DNA of 63,332 nucleotides, counting the filler, from Licmophora abbreviata (Eukaryota): the NCBI GenBank assembly GCA_900291995.1. It is 5 parts of 5 records of this genome, joined end to end, with 100 filler letters (N's around TTAATTAATTAA, not from the genome) between each part and the next. Parts side by side here need not be neighbours in the genome. Positions count along the whole stretch, not along the records: positions 15,797 to 34,086 come from OLMU01002629.1; positions 34,187 to 55,073 come from OLMU01002631.1; 3 more parts are not named here. One strand, given 5' to 3'. The position numbers and the translations under genes are program-made. The notes below the pieces were generated by a model. The model was not told where the DNA came from, ran no database searches, and saw nothing but the letters and a program-made list of their open reading frames with translations. Below, one piece after another: positions 33,376-43,351 of the stretch. Every line of letters starts with the position of its first letter. The stretch's first letter is position 1.

Positions 33376-34086
33376 TTAAATGAACGTAATCACGAGGACG
33401 ATAAGCACAGCCGCTGAAATACCGATCAGCACCAAAAAGATGACTTCCGTCCTGGAAAAGTTAGTAAAGTAGTCAAACCAACTACTTGAAGGCGCTGCCT
33501 GCGTAACGACGTGTGCGTTCGCGCTTGTGGCTACTTTTACTCCTTGTTCCATGGCGTTGGTTAGGGCCACTTCGGTCTCGCTGACATATGTAACGTCGTC
33601 ATGTTCGGTCTCGTCGTCGTACCGGCCACCGCATAGAGTCGAAACATCCCCAGGCATGGCCTTTATGGGGATCTCTTGAGGCACAACCCGTGAGTTGAAG
33701 ACATCCCTGGCGACGTCTTTGGTTATCCTGTTGTCAACTGACGACAGATCCCCCATTCCGGAGATGGAGTCCATGCTGGTGACATACTCGACGTTGATCA
33801 GCCGATTGGCAAGGTCAACGGGAATAGGTAGTGTGGCCGGCTCGAGTACCAGCTCACCTTCACTCCCTTCTGCTGGCGGTATCACGGAGCCTCTTTCCTC
33901 TTCGTAATTTTCCAATTCTTCCACCAGCGCGTCTATTTCTGTTCCGTTGGCCCATTTGACGCTGGAGAACTCGGACGATCTATTGCTCGTACTGTCACCT
34001 CCTCCTATCAACGGAACGTGCTGTGGTGATTCAGGTGCTGTGACAACAAATCGGTTGCTCGATTTGTCCTCAGATGATTGTAGGCT
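33376..34086 (-). CDS. 3' part of an acidic hypothetical protein with C-terminal transmembrane anchor (5' end in gap)
   Basis: Open frame ending in the hydrophobic segment VIFLVLIGISAAVLIVLVITFI. Confidence 0.6.
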   Translation of the reverse strand, partial: SLQSSEDKSSNRFVVTAPESPQHVPLIGGGDSTSNRSSEFSSVKWANGTEIDALVEELENYEEERGSVIPPAEGSEGELVLEPATLPIPVDLANRLINVEYVTSMDSISGMGDLSSVDNRITKDVARDVFNSRVVPQEIPIKAMPGDVSTLCGGRYDDETEHDDVTYVSETEVALTNAMEQGVKVATSANAHVVTQAAPSSSWFDYFTNFSRTEVIFLVLIGISAAVLIVLVITFI

Positions 34087-34186
34087 NNNNNNNNNNNNNN
34101 NNNNNNNNNNNNNNNNNNNNNNNNNNNNNNTTAATTAATTAANNNNNNNNNNNNNNNNNNNNNNNNNNNNNNNNNNNNNNNNNNNN
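34087..34186. other. Assembly gap spacer
   Basis: N44-TTAATTAATTAA-N44. Confidence 0.97.
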
Positions 34187-34960
34187 GATTTCTGCGGCGG
34201 GAAAACGTCGGACCACTACCTTAGCCTATCTCGAAAGATCATTCAAGGCCTTGGTTATGTGCACGACGATCAGACGCTCGCTATGGATCACAACGTGCTG
34301 ACTATGGTGTGGGAGATGCACGACATGCTTCCGACCGCTGTGAACCTGTGCGCTGTGCTGGAGCAGCTTTTCATTCGCTTCTGCTACAACAAGACGAAGA
34401 GTTTCAAGGAAAGCGACGCCACTCAGAACGACTTTTTCTCCGTTCTGCTCCATGTCATTGACCGTGTTCCGGCCCTAGAAGGCGAAGAGAGTTTGCAGCA
34501 GCTCGTTCGAGCTGCTCCATCTACCGACGGAAGTAAGAGCATGAATGACGATGCGAAAGCGATGTGGCTTGAAACTGAAAAGGCACTTGCTGACCAGCGG
34601 AAACTTATCGATGGTCTGGACGTCGATCAGACGCAGAAAGAGCAGCTTCAACTGCCCCTTCCACCTGCAATGGAGGAAGGCGACCTCGGAATTCCGCTGG
34701 ACAAGGGCGTTTACGAAATGCTTGTTTCCAAACAGAAAGGCTTTCGTGAAGACCAGAGTACTGAGAGACGCAACGAGTTGAAGAATCGCATCGTTGCCGT
34801 CGGCCAGATTTGCCTTATCGCTCACAACAACCTCCAGCAACCGCATGGCAAATATAGTGCACTAGAAGTCCACTTTCGCCGCATGTTTAGCAACATCAAG
34901 TACAGCGTGGCTGATATGATGAGCCAGCTCACCGACCAGAACGACTTGACTGAAGTTTGA
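34187..34960 (+). CDS. 3' part of a helical hypothetical protein (5' end in gap)
   Basis: Frame open from the gap edge (DFCGGKTSDHY..) to the stop at 34960; coding-like codon usage; family not recognised. Confidence 0.65.
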   Translation, partial: DFCGGKTSDHYLSLSRKIIQGLGYVHDDQTLAMDHNVLTMVWEMHDMLPTAVNLCAVLEQLFIRFCYNKTKSFKESDATQNDFFSVLLHVIDRVPALEGEESLQQLVRAAPSTDGSKSMNDDAKAMWLETEKALADQRKLIDGLDVDQTQKEQLQLPLPPAMEEGDLGIPLDKGVYEMLVSKQKGFREDQSTERRNELKNRIVAVGQICLIAHNNLQQPHGKYSALEVHFRRMFSNIKYSVADMMSQLTDQNDLTEV

Positions 34961-35085
34961 GCGCTGTGGTCGACTGCTCAATCACGGTTGTCACAGTGAC
35001 AGCAATTTAGGTACCAACTTATCTACTAAATGGTAAGGTTTCGTTTCGCCGGACTTCAATTTAGAGTTACTAGTCGTACCGTAGG

Positions 35086-36813
35086 TCAACTCCATGGCGG
35101 TACCATCGTGCGATGGCATATTCGCGTCCCTTGCGCATCCATCATGCTGTACTGAAGTGCATGTAGCCAGATTCCGCGACTTCTTACCAAGAATTCCAAC
35201 TTGCTGCGGTGATGACCTCCGCCGCCGCTTCTTGCACACCAGACGCACGTGCGTTGAATGAAGTCATTGAGCGACTCTCGTTCGAGGCGTTCGAGTCGCG
35301 ACAATCTCACTACAGCGTCTTCTGTAGCAGACGTATTTGTAGGCGTCGCATCTGCGAGTAGAATGCGAGGTCGCTCGCAAATTGTGTCAGCGGCTGATTT
35401 CGACGATGATTCATCCAAGCTGTCGAGCAAGCATCGGGCGCGATGACACGCCTTTTCTCCTTCCGGATCGGCAAACCACATGTCACCACCGTAATTGGGG
35501 TCGTTTGCAATCGGATGTCCAAGATATTGAAGGTGAAGACGAATCTGATGAGTTCGACCAGTGATCGGACGGCAGAGAAGGATGGTCGAATCTGTCTCGG
35601 AGTCATATCTGACAACACCAAACGCCGTCTGCGACGGTTTGACAGTCTTGAGATACACGCTATCGTCAAGATCACCAAACGCCCCGGCTTCACATATCCC
35701 ATCCTTTGGCTTGGCGACGCGAGTAGGGCATGCAAGGTTGAGCCACCCTAACACTCTGTCTTCATCTTCTGCACGAACTTCCAGTTCCCGCAACCAGCTG
35801 TTGACGTCATACCGACACTCGTTGAAATAGTCCACCATCGAAGCGCTCTTCAGTACTGCTCCACTCGAGTCAGCAAACCAGAATCCCAGCGCATTCGACC
35901 TTCTAATCTCGGATGCATCTGGCTTTTGCGTGCCGGTTCCTGCAACTTTCTCTCCTGCCTCGATCCACTGGCCGTAATGGCAACGGTCGCCAGTATTCAG
36001 CCTGGTTGTTATCTCAAACGTTGAGTCGCAATTCAACGGGAACTTTCCCTTTACCCGAGCTAGATAGATCTTTTCGCATGAGCCCCGCTCCTTGAGGCAT
36101 TTTCCCCATTGTTGAGCCACAGCTGACGTTCTTCCGAGCATGACCAAGCCCGATGTGAGGCGATCGAGACGGTTGACATTGTACAAGGCGCCGAACTTTG
36201 TTTCCAGGATACGAAGCAGCGAGTTCGCATGATAGCCACCACACGGATGCACTGGCAAAGTCCCAGGCTTGTTGACCGCTACGAGATCCTCGGAAACGGA
36301 CACTATGTCAATTTCAGATCCAGCCGAAGACGACGACACCACCACTGCCGGTTCGTGGCGATGGACCGTGTGCGTCAGAAGATCGCCGCCGCGTATCTTA
36401 TAGTCTAGATTCACCTCGCTCGATGATACCTTGATGCGACCTCGCGTGATGGCGCTCTCATAGTAAGCTTTCGGATAGCTACCAAACTCGGAGTGGTACA
36501 CGTCCAGGATGGTCCGTCCAACCCATCGTGCCTTGGCGAAAGTTTCGAATGTGTACAGGTACGGCGTAACGAGCCGTATCCAAGATTCTCCAAAAAGCGC
36601 ATGTCCGTCCAGCTCGAGTCGTCGAAGCTGTGTCTGACAGACAGATTGATCGCTGGAGGATCGGGGACGCTTCCTAGTTCGTCGCGAGCGTGGGATCTTG
36701 CCTTGCGTCTTCTTCCCGCCATCATGGTCGTCGCCGTCCTTAGTCGCATCGCTGTTGTCAAGGGTCTCTATCGATTTCGAAGGGTCGCCATTCTGACCGC
36801 ACGAGTGTGACAT
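35086..36813 (-). CDS. RluA-family pseudouridine synthase (Pus9/Rib2/RPUSD2-like)
   Basis: FAKARWVGRTI, HTVHRHEP, VNKPGTLPVHP, NRLDRLTSGL (catalytic Asp), GRTHQIRLHL, HPIANDPNY. Start may be 36813 or 36930. Confidence 0.9.
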   Translation of the reverse strand: MSHSCGQNGDPSKSIETLDNSDATKDGDDHDGGKKTQGKIPRSRRTRKRPRSSSDQSVCQTQLRRLELDGHALFGESWIRLVTPYLYTFETFAKARWVGRTILDVYHSEFGSYPKAYYESAITRGRIKVSSSEVNLDYKIRGGDLLTHTVHRHEPAVVVSSSSAGSEIDIVSVSEDLVAVNKPGTLPVHPCGGYHANSLLRILETKFGALYNVNRLDRLTSGLVMLGRTSAVAQQWGKCLKERGSCEKIYLARVKGKFPLNCDSTFEITTRLNTGDRCHYGQWIEAGEKVAGTGTQKPDASEIRRSNALGFWFADSSGAVLKSASMVDYFNECRYDVNSWLRELEVRAEDEDRVLGWLNLACPTRVAKPKDGICEAGAFGDLDDSVYLKTVKPSQTAFGVVRYDSETDSTILLCRPITGRTHQIRLHLQYLGHPIANDPNYGGDMWFADPEGEKACHRARCLLDSLDESSSKSAADTICERPRILLADATPTNTSATEDAVVRLSRLERLERESLNDFIQRTCVWCARSGGGGHHRSKLEFLVRSRGIWLHALQYSMMDAQGTRICHRTMVPPWS

Positions 36814-37137
36814 CGAGTCAGTCTCGGCAAAAGCGAGCGCAGACTTCGTCGTCGTCGAAGCAACCTTCGTCTCTGTCGGCAGAAGCAGCAGGGTGCAAAG
36901 GTGCAATGAAAAATGAATGCATGAATGCAAGAATGCGGCTTGCGGTTCGGCGAAAGAAAAGATACAGCTTTTGCTGCGTGTACTCGTAGTCAGTCAGTCA
37001 GTCAGTCGCTGACCGGAGTGCAAAATGGTCAGCACTTTCAACTTCTACCAGGTATTCATACTGCCTGGTACCAGCACTCTCGTTCATATTTCGACGGCGG
37101 GCATTGGATCAGAGGTTAATGGCTCCTAGCAACTTAA

Positions 37138-38794
37138 CTAAACGATGACATCGATCTCAGGAGGTTGGTGTATTGCTCCATGCTGACGAAGCACTTGCAC
37201 AACCGGATGATCGTCATCGAAATATTGCTGTGCCCACCAAAGAGAGTTTCCCCCTTTGCCTTTGTTAGTTCGCTCGTTCACGTCCGCTCCTTTTTTGATG
37301 AGGTACTCGACCGCAGCTGCTCTTCCTGCTCGTGATGCTTCATGTATTGGTCTCCATCCATTGTGGTCTGGCGCGAGAATTACGTCCGGTCGTGTCCTTG
37401 CAAGTTCCTTCAACCGCTTCACGTCTCCCAAGGCAGCTGCTTCGTGAGCATCCGCCTTCTTGGGTCGATTATTTCCTTGTGGCTCCTTTTCGATATCATG
37501 CTTGTTCCCAACTGGTTTCTATCGGCGTGGGGTCCATTACATTTTCCATTTGCACAGAATACCGTGAGACGAGACAAGATGACGAATGAATGGAAGCGAC
37601 ACAGCGCACGGTGCATGCGACGGCCTTACCTCTTTCGGAAGCTGGAATGCGTATAACTGCTTCCACATCTTTTCCTCGTCCGATCCTTCTTCAATATAAT
37701 CCGGAAGAAGCAGTGATCGATCAGTTACCGAGGCGGAAACACCACGTTGGAGCGTCTGATGAAATAGGTCGTCAACGCTGTTGAGAAAGCTCGTCCTATC
37801 GTCAGCACCCTTCCGTTGTGTGTGTCCAACAGGTTCGAAATGTACAAAGACGTTCGCGAGGAAGCGCCCCTTCAATGGGAACGGCCTCCCATGAATAACG
37901 GAGTGGCTCTCGTACAGAATCATCTCGCCCGGGGCCAAAGTGAGATTGTGGGCCATACCGTCATGTCCAATTACTTCAAGCGGCCAAGGCTCGTCAACGT
38001 CTTGAGCCACATTGATAATCGCGGACGACACCAAAGGCAGACGATCCACGTGACTAGCCAACACGGCCCCTTCCTTGTAAATACGGATGCCATAGAGGGA
38101 GGTAAAAACCAACTGCTTTCCTGTCCACGCCTGAAGCGTTTCCTGAGCAAAGTCGACAATCTTTTGTTTCAGAATACGGCCGCCCCCGTACAGTTGGGAA
38201 TTTTCAACCGACAACATGGCCGTATCGGCGTCCCAGTGATTGACAAAGGTGCTTCCGACACCCCATCTTTCTGGATGTCGTTGGTCCGCGTTGTCGTCGT
38301 AAAAATTGACGAGAAGTGTCGTGAGCGCTTTGGGAAGCTTGACCTTGGCATAGCCAGCAGCTGTATAGTTCTGTAGAGAGGAATAGAGATTTTGGAATGG
38401 CGCGTGAGAATTCAGGGCCATTCCAGGATGAAGCAGGATACGAGGCGAGTCTGCAGTTGCATACCTGCATGTTGCTCGGCTGCTGGACGTTCATCGAAAT
38501 GCGTTCGCGTTCGTTCACGTCACAGCGATCAGCAAGTTTTCCATAGTGCTTTCGACAGGTGTCCATGAACTGTTGATAACGCTGCTGTGGCCCTTCTCCC
38601 AACGGCGAATGCGTCGCTGAGAAGCCATGATTCTGCATGGGAAAAGATACATCGGCTCCGTACCGGTTTTGGTTCTCCGCTTCAGCGACAGGATCCTGAG
38701 AGACAGCAGCAGCAGCCAGATAACAAAGTCCTAACTCAAGGAGCAATAGCATCCACCATGCGCAAGACGGCTTGGAACTTCGATTCGTCCTCAT
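37138..38794 (-). CDS. Secreted 2OG-Fe(II) oxygenase-like protein with C-terminal ankyrin repeats, 3 exons: 38794-38465, 38370-37630, 37518-37138
   Basis: Signal peptide; YGIRIY..GAVLASHVD (HxD), YESHSVIHGRP (distal His); ankyrin GWRPIHEASRAG..VEYLIKKGADVN. Confidence 0.75.
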
Positions 38795-39159
38795 TGCTGC
38801 TCTGGAGCGGCGAGAGTGGTTCTAAATCTGCTCCCTGACCTGTTCTATTCTACTTTTGAGCTTGGTAGATCCGCTGTCGATGTGATACTCTAGATCGCCG
38901 CTGTCTTCGTCATGTTTTATGGTCGCGAGAGAGTGAATGGCGAGTTCATCGCGACATGCATTCGCAAGGGCATATATATCATAGTCACAGTCTTGTCTCA
39001 TTAATGTCGTACCAACGTCATTCTACTTATTTGATGACGTTTTGGTAAAACCAGGCTCACATTTTGAAACGAAATCGGCGATCGTAGAAATCGCCATCTG
39101 GTCTTGATGACGAGTGTTTGTTGTCAGGACCGGTTCACGGTATGATACACACAACCAGG

Positions 39160-41160
39160 ATGGCAGATTTTCATTACCGGTATACTGGACGAGTGTTAGT
39201 CCAAGGAAGAGCATCAAGGGACCCAACTGGCGCTCCCGTTTTGCTCTCCGATGTTCCTCTCTCATTTTGGGGCGGGATCGACCCAGATTCGGGCGAGGTG
39301 GTAGATCGCCTGCATCCTTTGTTTGGCGAGCAGGTTCAGGATACCGTATTGTGTCTTCCGTCGGGACGGGGGTCCTGTACGGCGTCACAGGTCCTATTGG
39401 AGTTGATTTTGCGAGGGAAATCGCCGAAAGCCATCGTTCTAAGGGATCTTGATGGACTTGTCTGTGTTGGAGCGTTGGTTGCGCAAGAAGTATTTCGGGA
39501 CGAATGCAATGGCAGTGTGCCCGACATAATTTGTCTTGAAAGGGGAGAGTTTGAAAGACTTACAGCACAAGCACCAAAATATGCCTGTATCGCGGCGGAT
39601 GGAAGCATCACCGCGGGCGAGACTGTCTTGCATGCGCAAAACAAAGAAAGGCAGCTCGATGTTCTTTACACGTCGGTTCCCCCGCTGACCAAGCCCCCGC
39701 TGACTGATGAAGAGCAGTCGATGCTGGACGCATGTGTAACAGAAGCAGAGAAAATGGCACTCGGTGTCGTGATGAGATATGCCCGTGTTATTACTGCCCC
39801 AGAATCATCGACCGCCTATCTCGACGTGACAAAGGCACACATTGATGGATGTACATATATTGGAAATGGAGGACTCGAGTTTGTACAGCGTCTCGTAAAA
39901 ACAGGGGGCAATGTCAAAATTCCTACAACTCTCAACTCTGTCTCGGTAGATCGAAGGCGATGGCAAAGTTTAGGAGTTCCATCGGAGCGAGCGCTCGCGT
40001 CTATTGCGGTTGGCGACTCGTATCTGGCGCTGGGGTGTCACTCGCATTCATTTACGTGTGCACCCTATCTACTCGACGATCCACCCCAGCTCAAAGAAAA
40101 CATTGTCTGGGGGGAAAGCAATGCTGTAGTATATGCAAACTCGGTGCTGGGGGCAAGAACGGAAAAGTATGCTGATTATTTGGACATTTGTTGTGCACTA
40201 GTCGGCAAAGTTCCATCCTCAGGTGTTCATCTCGATGAAAATCGTCGACCACGTATCATCTTGGATGCCACGGACGCACTGCAACAAGTGTGGGATGAGA
40301 ACGTAGATTTGGAATCCCTATTTCCTACGCTTGGACACTTATGCGGGACATTGTCGGGTGGGAAATTGCCTATTCTTTTCGGCTTCGATGAGTCGCCCTG
40401 GCGTGAGTTTGTCACAAGAGATCACTTGAAAGCTCTCTGCGCTGCATACGGTACCACCGGCACGTCACCACTTATCCATATTGCTGGTATTACTCCGGAG
40501 GCGAAAGTATCGAATAAAATTGCGGAACTCATCAAGGACTGTGAAGAGCGCTGTGATGTGACGATCGAGAGTTTGTCCAAGACACATGCATCGTTGGACG
40601 CTTCCGCAGATGCGCAGGATCTTGATGTCAGTCTGATCGCGCTGGGAAACCCGCATTTATCAATTACTGAATGCCAACAGCTAGCAGAGCTCGTCGAGGC
40701 ACTCGATATTTCGACAAAGCATCCTGACGTTCGAATCATGGCATGCATGTCAAGAACGCTGTACGATCAAGCCGTGAGGCGCGGCTACATACAGAAGCTC
40801 GAGTCATTCGGTGTCGAGTTTGTAAATGACACATGCTGGTGCATGCTGCTTGACAGCCCCGTTATTCCGTCTCACCCAGACGCATTGATAATGACGAATA
40901 GTGGCAAGTATGCCCATTATGGACCAGCTCTGACAGGAAAATTCTTCCGCTTTGGCAGCATGGCAGATTGCGTACATGCCGCAACAACAAAATCCTATCC
41001 CGAGAGATTGATGCGCGGCGCCAACGTGTCAGGCCCTCCATGGCTATCGCCTTTTCTGCATGGCACGCAGCGGCGAATGCATTCGACTGTAGGTACAGGG
41101 CGCTTTCGTCAGCAGCGGGTGATGTGGTCTATTCTTTCGTGTGCGAGACGTTGCTGTTGA
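39160..41160 (+). CDS. Aconitase X, single-chain type I (cis-3-hydroxy-L-proline dehydratase-like; swivel DUF126 + DUF521 domains)
   Basis: LSFWGGIDP, LPSGRGSCTAS, AHIDGCTY, FTCAPY, WGESNAVVYANSVLGART, LGNPH, DTCWCM, TNSGKYAHY; no introns needed. Confidence 0.88.
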   Translation: MADFHYRYTGRVLVQGRASRDPTGAPVLLSDVPLSFWGGIDPDSGEVVDRLHPLFGEQVQDTVLCLPSGRGSCTASQVLLELILRGKSPKAIVLRDLDGLVCVGALVAQEVFRDECNGSVPDIICLERGEFERLTAQAPKYACIAADGSITAGETVLHAQNKERQLDVLYTSVPPLTKPPLTDEEQSMLDACVTEAEKMALGVVMRYARVITAPESSTAYLDVTKAHIDGCTYIGNGGLEFVQRLVKTGGNVKIPTTLNSVSVDRRRWQSLGVPSERALASIAVGDSYLALGCHSHSFTCAPYLLDDPPQLKENIVWGESNAVVYANSVLGARTEKYADYLDICCALVGKVPSSGVHLDENRRPRIILDATDALQQVWDENVDLESLFPTLGHLCGTLSGGKLPILFGFDESPWREFVTRDHLKALCAAYGTTGTSPLIHIAGITPEAKVSNKIAELIKDCEERCDVTIESLSKTHASLDASADAQDLDVSLIALGNPHLSITECQQLAELVEALDISTKHPDVRIMACMSRTLYDQAVRRGYIQKLESFGVEFVNDTCWCMLLDSPVIPSHPDALIMTNSGKYAHYGPALTGKFFRFGSMADCVHAATTKSYPERLMRGANVSGPPWLSPFLHGTQRRMHSTVGTGRFRQQRVMWSILSCARRCC

Positions 41161-41380
41161 CTGACGTGACATGGCTCACCATAGCGTGTCCGATATTCGT
41201 TATTTAATAGCTACTTGCATTTTTTTAACTTTTTCCCTGATGACGAACGTAGTTGCTCAAGGTCGTTCCTGACGATGAGTTAAACTCATTTGGAGTAAAT
41301 TATCTGTCGTTTGTGTCCCGGTTCGGCATCTTCTGCGGCGTATCGTACAGCGTGAAGCGAGTGTACGCTGAAATGGGAAC

Positions 41381-42789
41381 TCACATTGCCCACGGCAATC
41401 TCACGGCCTCAACTCTGCCCTTCTTTTCGAGAAGAAGGTCAATTCGATCTCCCTTGACGATTGCAGAGCTGACCTTACGGTCAAGAAGGATTTTCGGCGT
41501 CTCGTCAGCACTCGAGACAGATAGTCGACCGCCTCCTCCAGAGGTGAGCTTCCAGCTCACAATTGTTCGAAGCCTATCTCCACAAATTTGAAAAGCCTCT
41601 TCCTTCACACTCGCCGGTGCCCACCACGGAGCCTCCCAGGTGCCTTCCTTGTCGAGTCGCGTTCCCGCCATGATGGGCGAGCAGATCGCATCCATCGACA
41701 ATCCCGTCACCTGGTAGAATGCTGCAAACAAAACCTGAGATATGCGTGCAAGCACAAGCAACGGCTTGGTTAGGGTTGAAGAGCGAAGACATGTACCTCT
41801 GGGGTCTACACGTACCACGAAGCCCGCCAGTATATAGCGTTGCCAGCGAGCAGCCTGTCGAGGCTCGTATCTATAATCTACTGGGGCATAATCCATTCCC
41901 CCCATGGCGGTCTCCGCGATCCGTTCGGCTTCCTTGACTTCAAGCTTCACAAGCTTTGAGCGAAGGCGATCCGAATCCTGTGCCGATGAGCTAAGTTGAC
42001 GACGCAGGCTTTCGATTTCGGATGCATGGTTCCGGGTCAACTCGGCGAGTCGGGCATCATGGGTTCGGCATGCATCTCGGTACTTTCGCTCCGCTTCATG
42101 GAGTGCTCCCTCGTGGGTTCGCTGCTGCTCTCCTTTGCTTGCGACGCGCTCTTCGAGCTCGAGACGCGTTGCCGCAAGCTTGGTGTCCATCGTTGCCTTG
42201 TTGGATCGAAGCTGGGTCCGGCAAAGGAGAATGACAGGAGACAGGGTTCCGGTGAGACTGCAGTATCGGCTAAGCGATTCCAGTAGCACTCCCAAAGAGT
42301 AAAAGTTGAAAGTAGGGCGCAAAAACTGAAAACACGAATGAGCCTTACCTCAGCAAGCTCCTGATCCCGCTCCACCTCATCTCCCTGACGCTTCTTGAGC
42401 TCTTTTGCGAGCTTGACAAGATTTCGCTCCTTCTTCTTTCGGAGAGTTTTTTCGGCGGATAGGTCAATCTGCGCTTGAGAAAGGTCCATTTCCAGTCTGT
42501 GGATCTTACTGAGGAGTTCATCGCGGTCCTTGTCCATGTCGCTCCGGGAGGTAGAGGGCGAGTCTCCGATTCCCGCAAAGCTAACTTTCTGCGGGACCGG
42601 CGTCCCGGGCGTGTCGCTCACATACTCATCAGCGTGGTACTCCTCTTCCGAGTCATACATGGGGTCAGCTGTGGCAGGCATCTTCTTGCTTGAATTCTTC
42701 TTTCGAATGATGCCTGGAGGAGTCGGCGGTGTCGCGCCAGAGTCAGTTTTCTCGCCAGACCAAATCCCGGACAGGAGACTCTTGCTCAT
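41381..42789 (-). CDS. Coiled-coil, single-pass membrane hypothetical protein, 3 exons: 42789-42349, 42211-41816, 41734-41381
   Basis: Heptad-rich segments, TM-like YILAGFV|VLFAAFY, C-terminal CSP...EAPWWAP..K..AF..CG; in-frame GT-AG introns. Confidence 0.65.
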
Positions 42790-43351
42790 CGCCTATTGTA
42801 GCGCGAAAGAAGAATCGAATTGAAGCAGTTCCAAAGGTACACTTCAATGCCTGATCAGAACTTGGAAAACTCCAGATTGATTTTTGATTTCACTCCATCA
42901 GTGCGAGATCTGTGTCGGTGGTGCCGGGCATCCAATGGATTCAATTCCCATTCCCAATGACGTCGGTCCACGAGGATCTTGTGTGCTCGTAGAACTCTAC
43001 CAGGTTCATCACAACGTGAGCTTCAAGCTCGCTCTGGAAGTTTTGGAGGGAAAGATTAAACAGGAAGCAGTCGAGTGAGTCGAAACCAATCGAACGAGTC
43101 AAGCCTGCGTTGAGACCCGGATCTGAAAAGTGGCGCGCCGGCAAAAGAGGTCCGCGTTGAGATTTCTACAGATTTCAGATTGCCCATTGCTTCCAGCCAA
43201 TTTCTGAAATCTCATTTGAAAGTGGTTGTTGTGGTTTATTTTTGTTGATGTGCCTAGACTACGGCTCAGGCCTCAGCATCGAAAGGTCTTTCGAAAGATT
43301 CAATCAGTTTGGATCGACCTTTGTCTCCAGTTTGCTCTGAATTGAAAAAAT

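Noticed and set aside
15957..41160. Bacterial-like genes (response regulators, rbfA, TtcA, AcnX) as bacterial contamination
   Set aside because: They carry spliceosomal introns or eukaryotic targeting peptides, or are contiguous with clearly eukaryotic genes.
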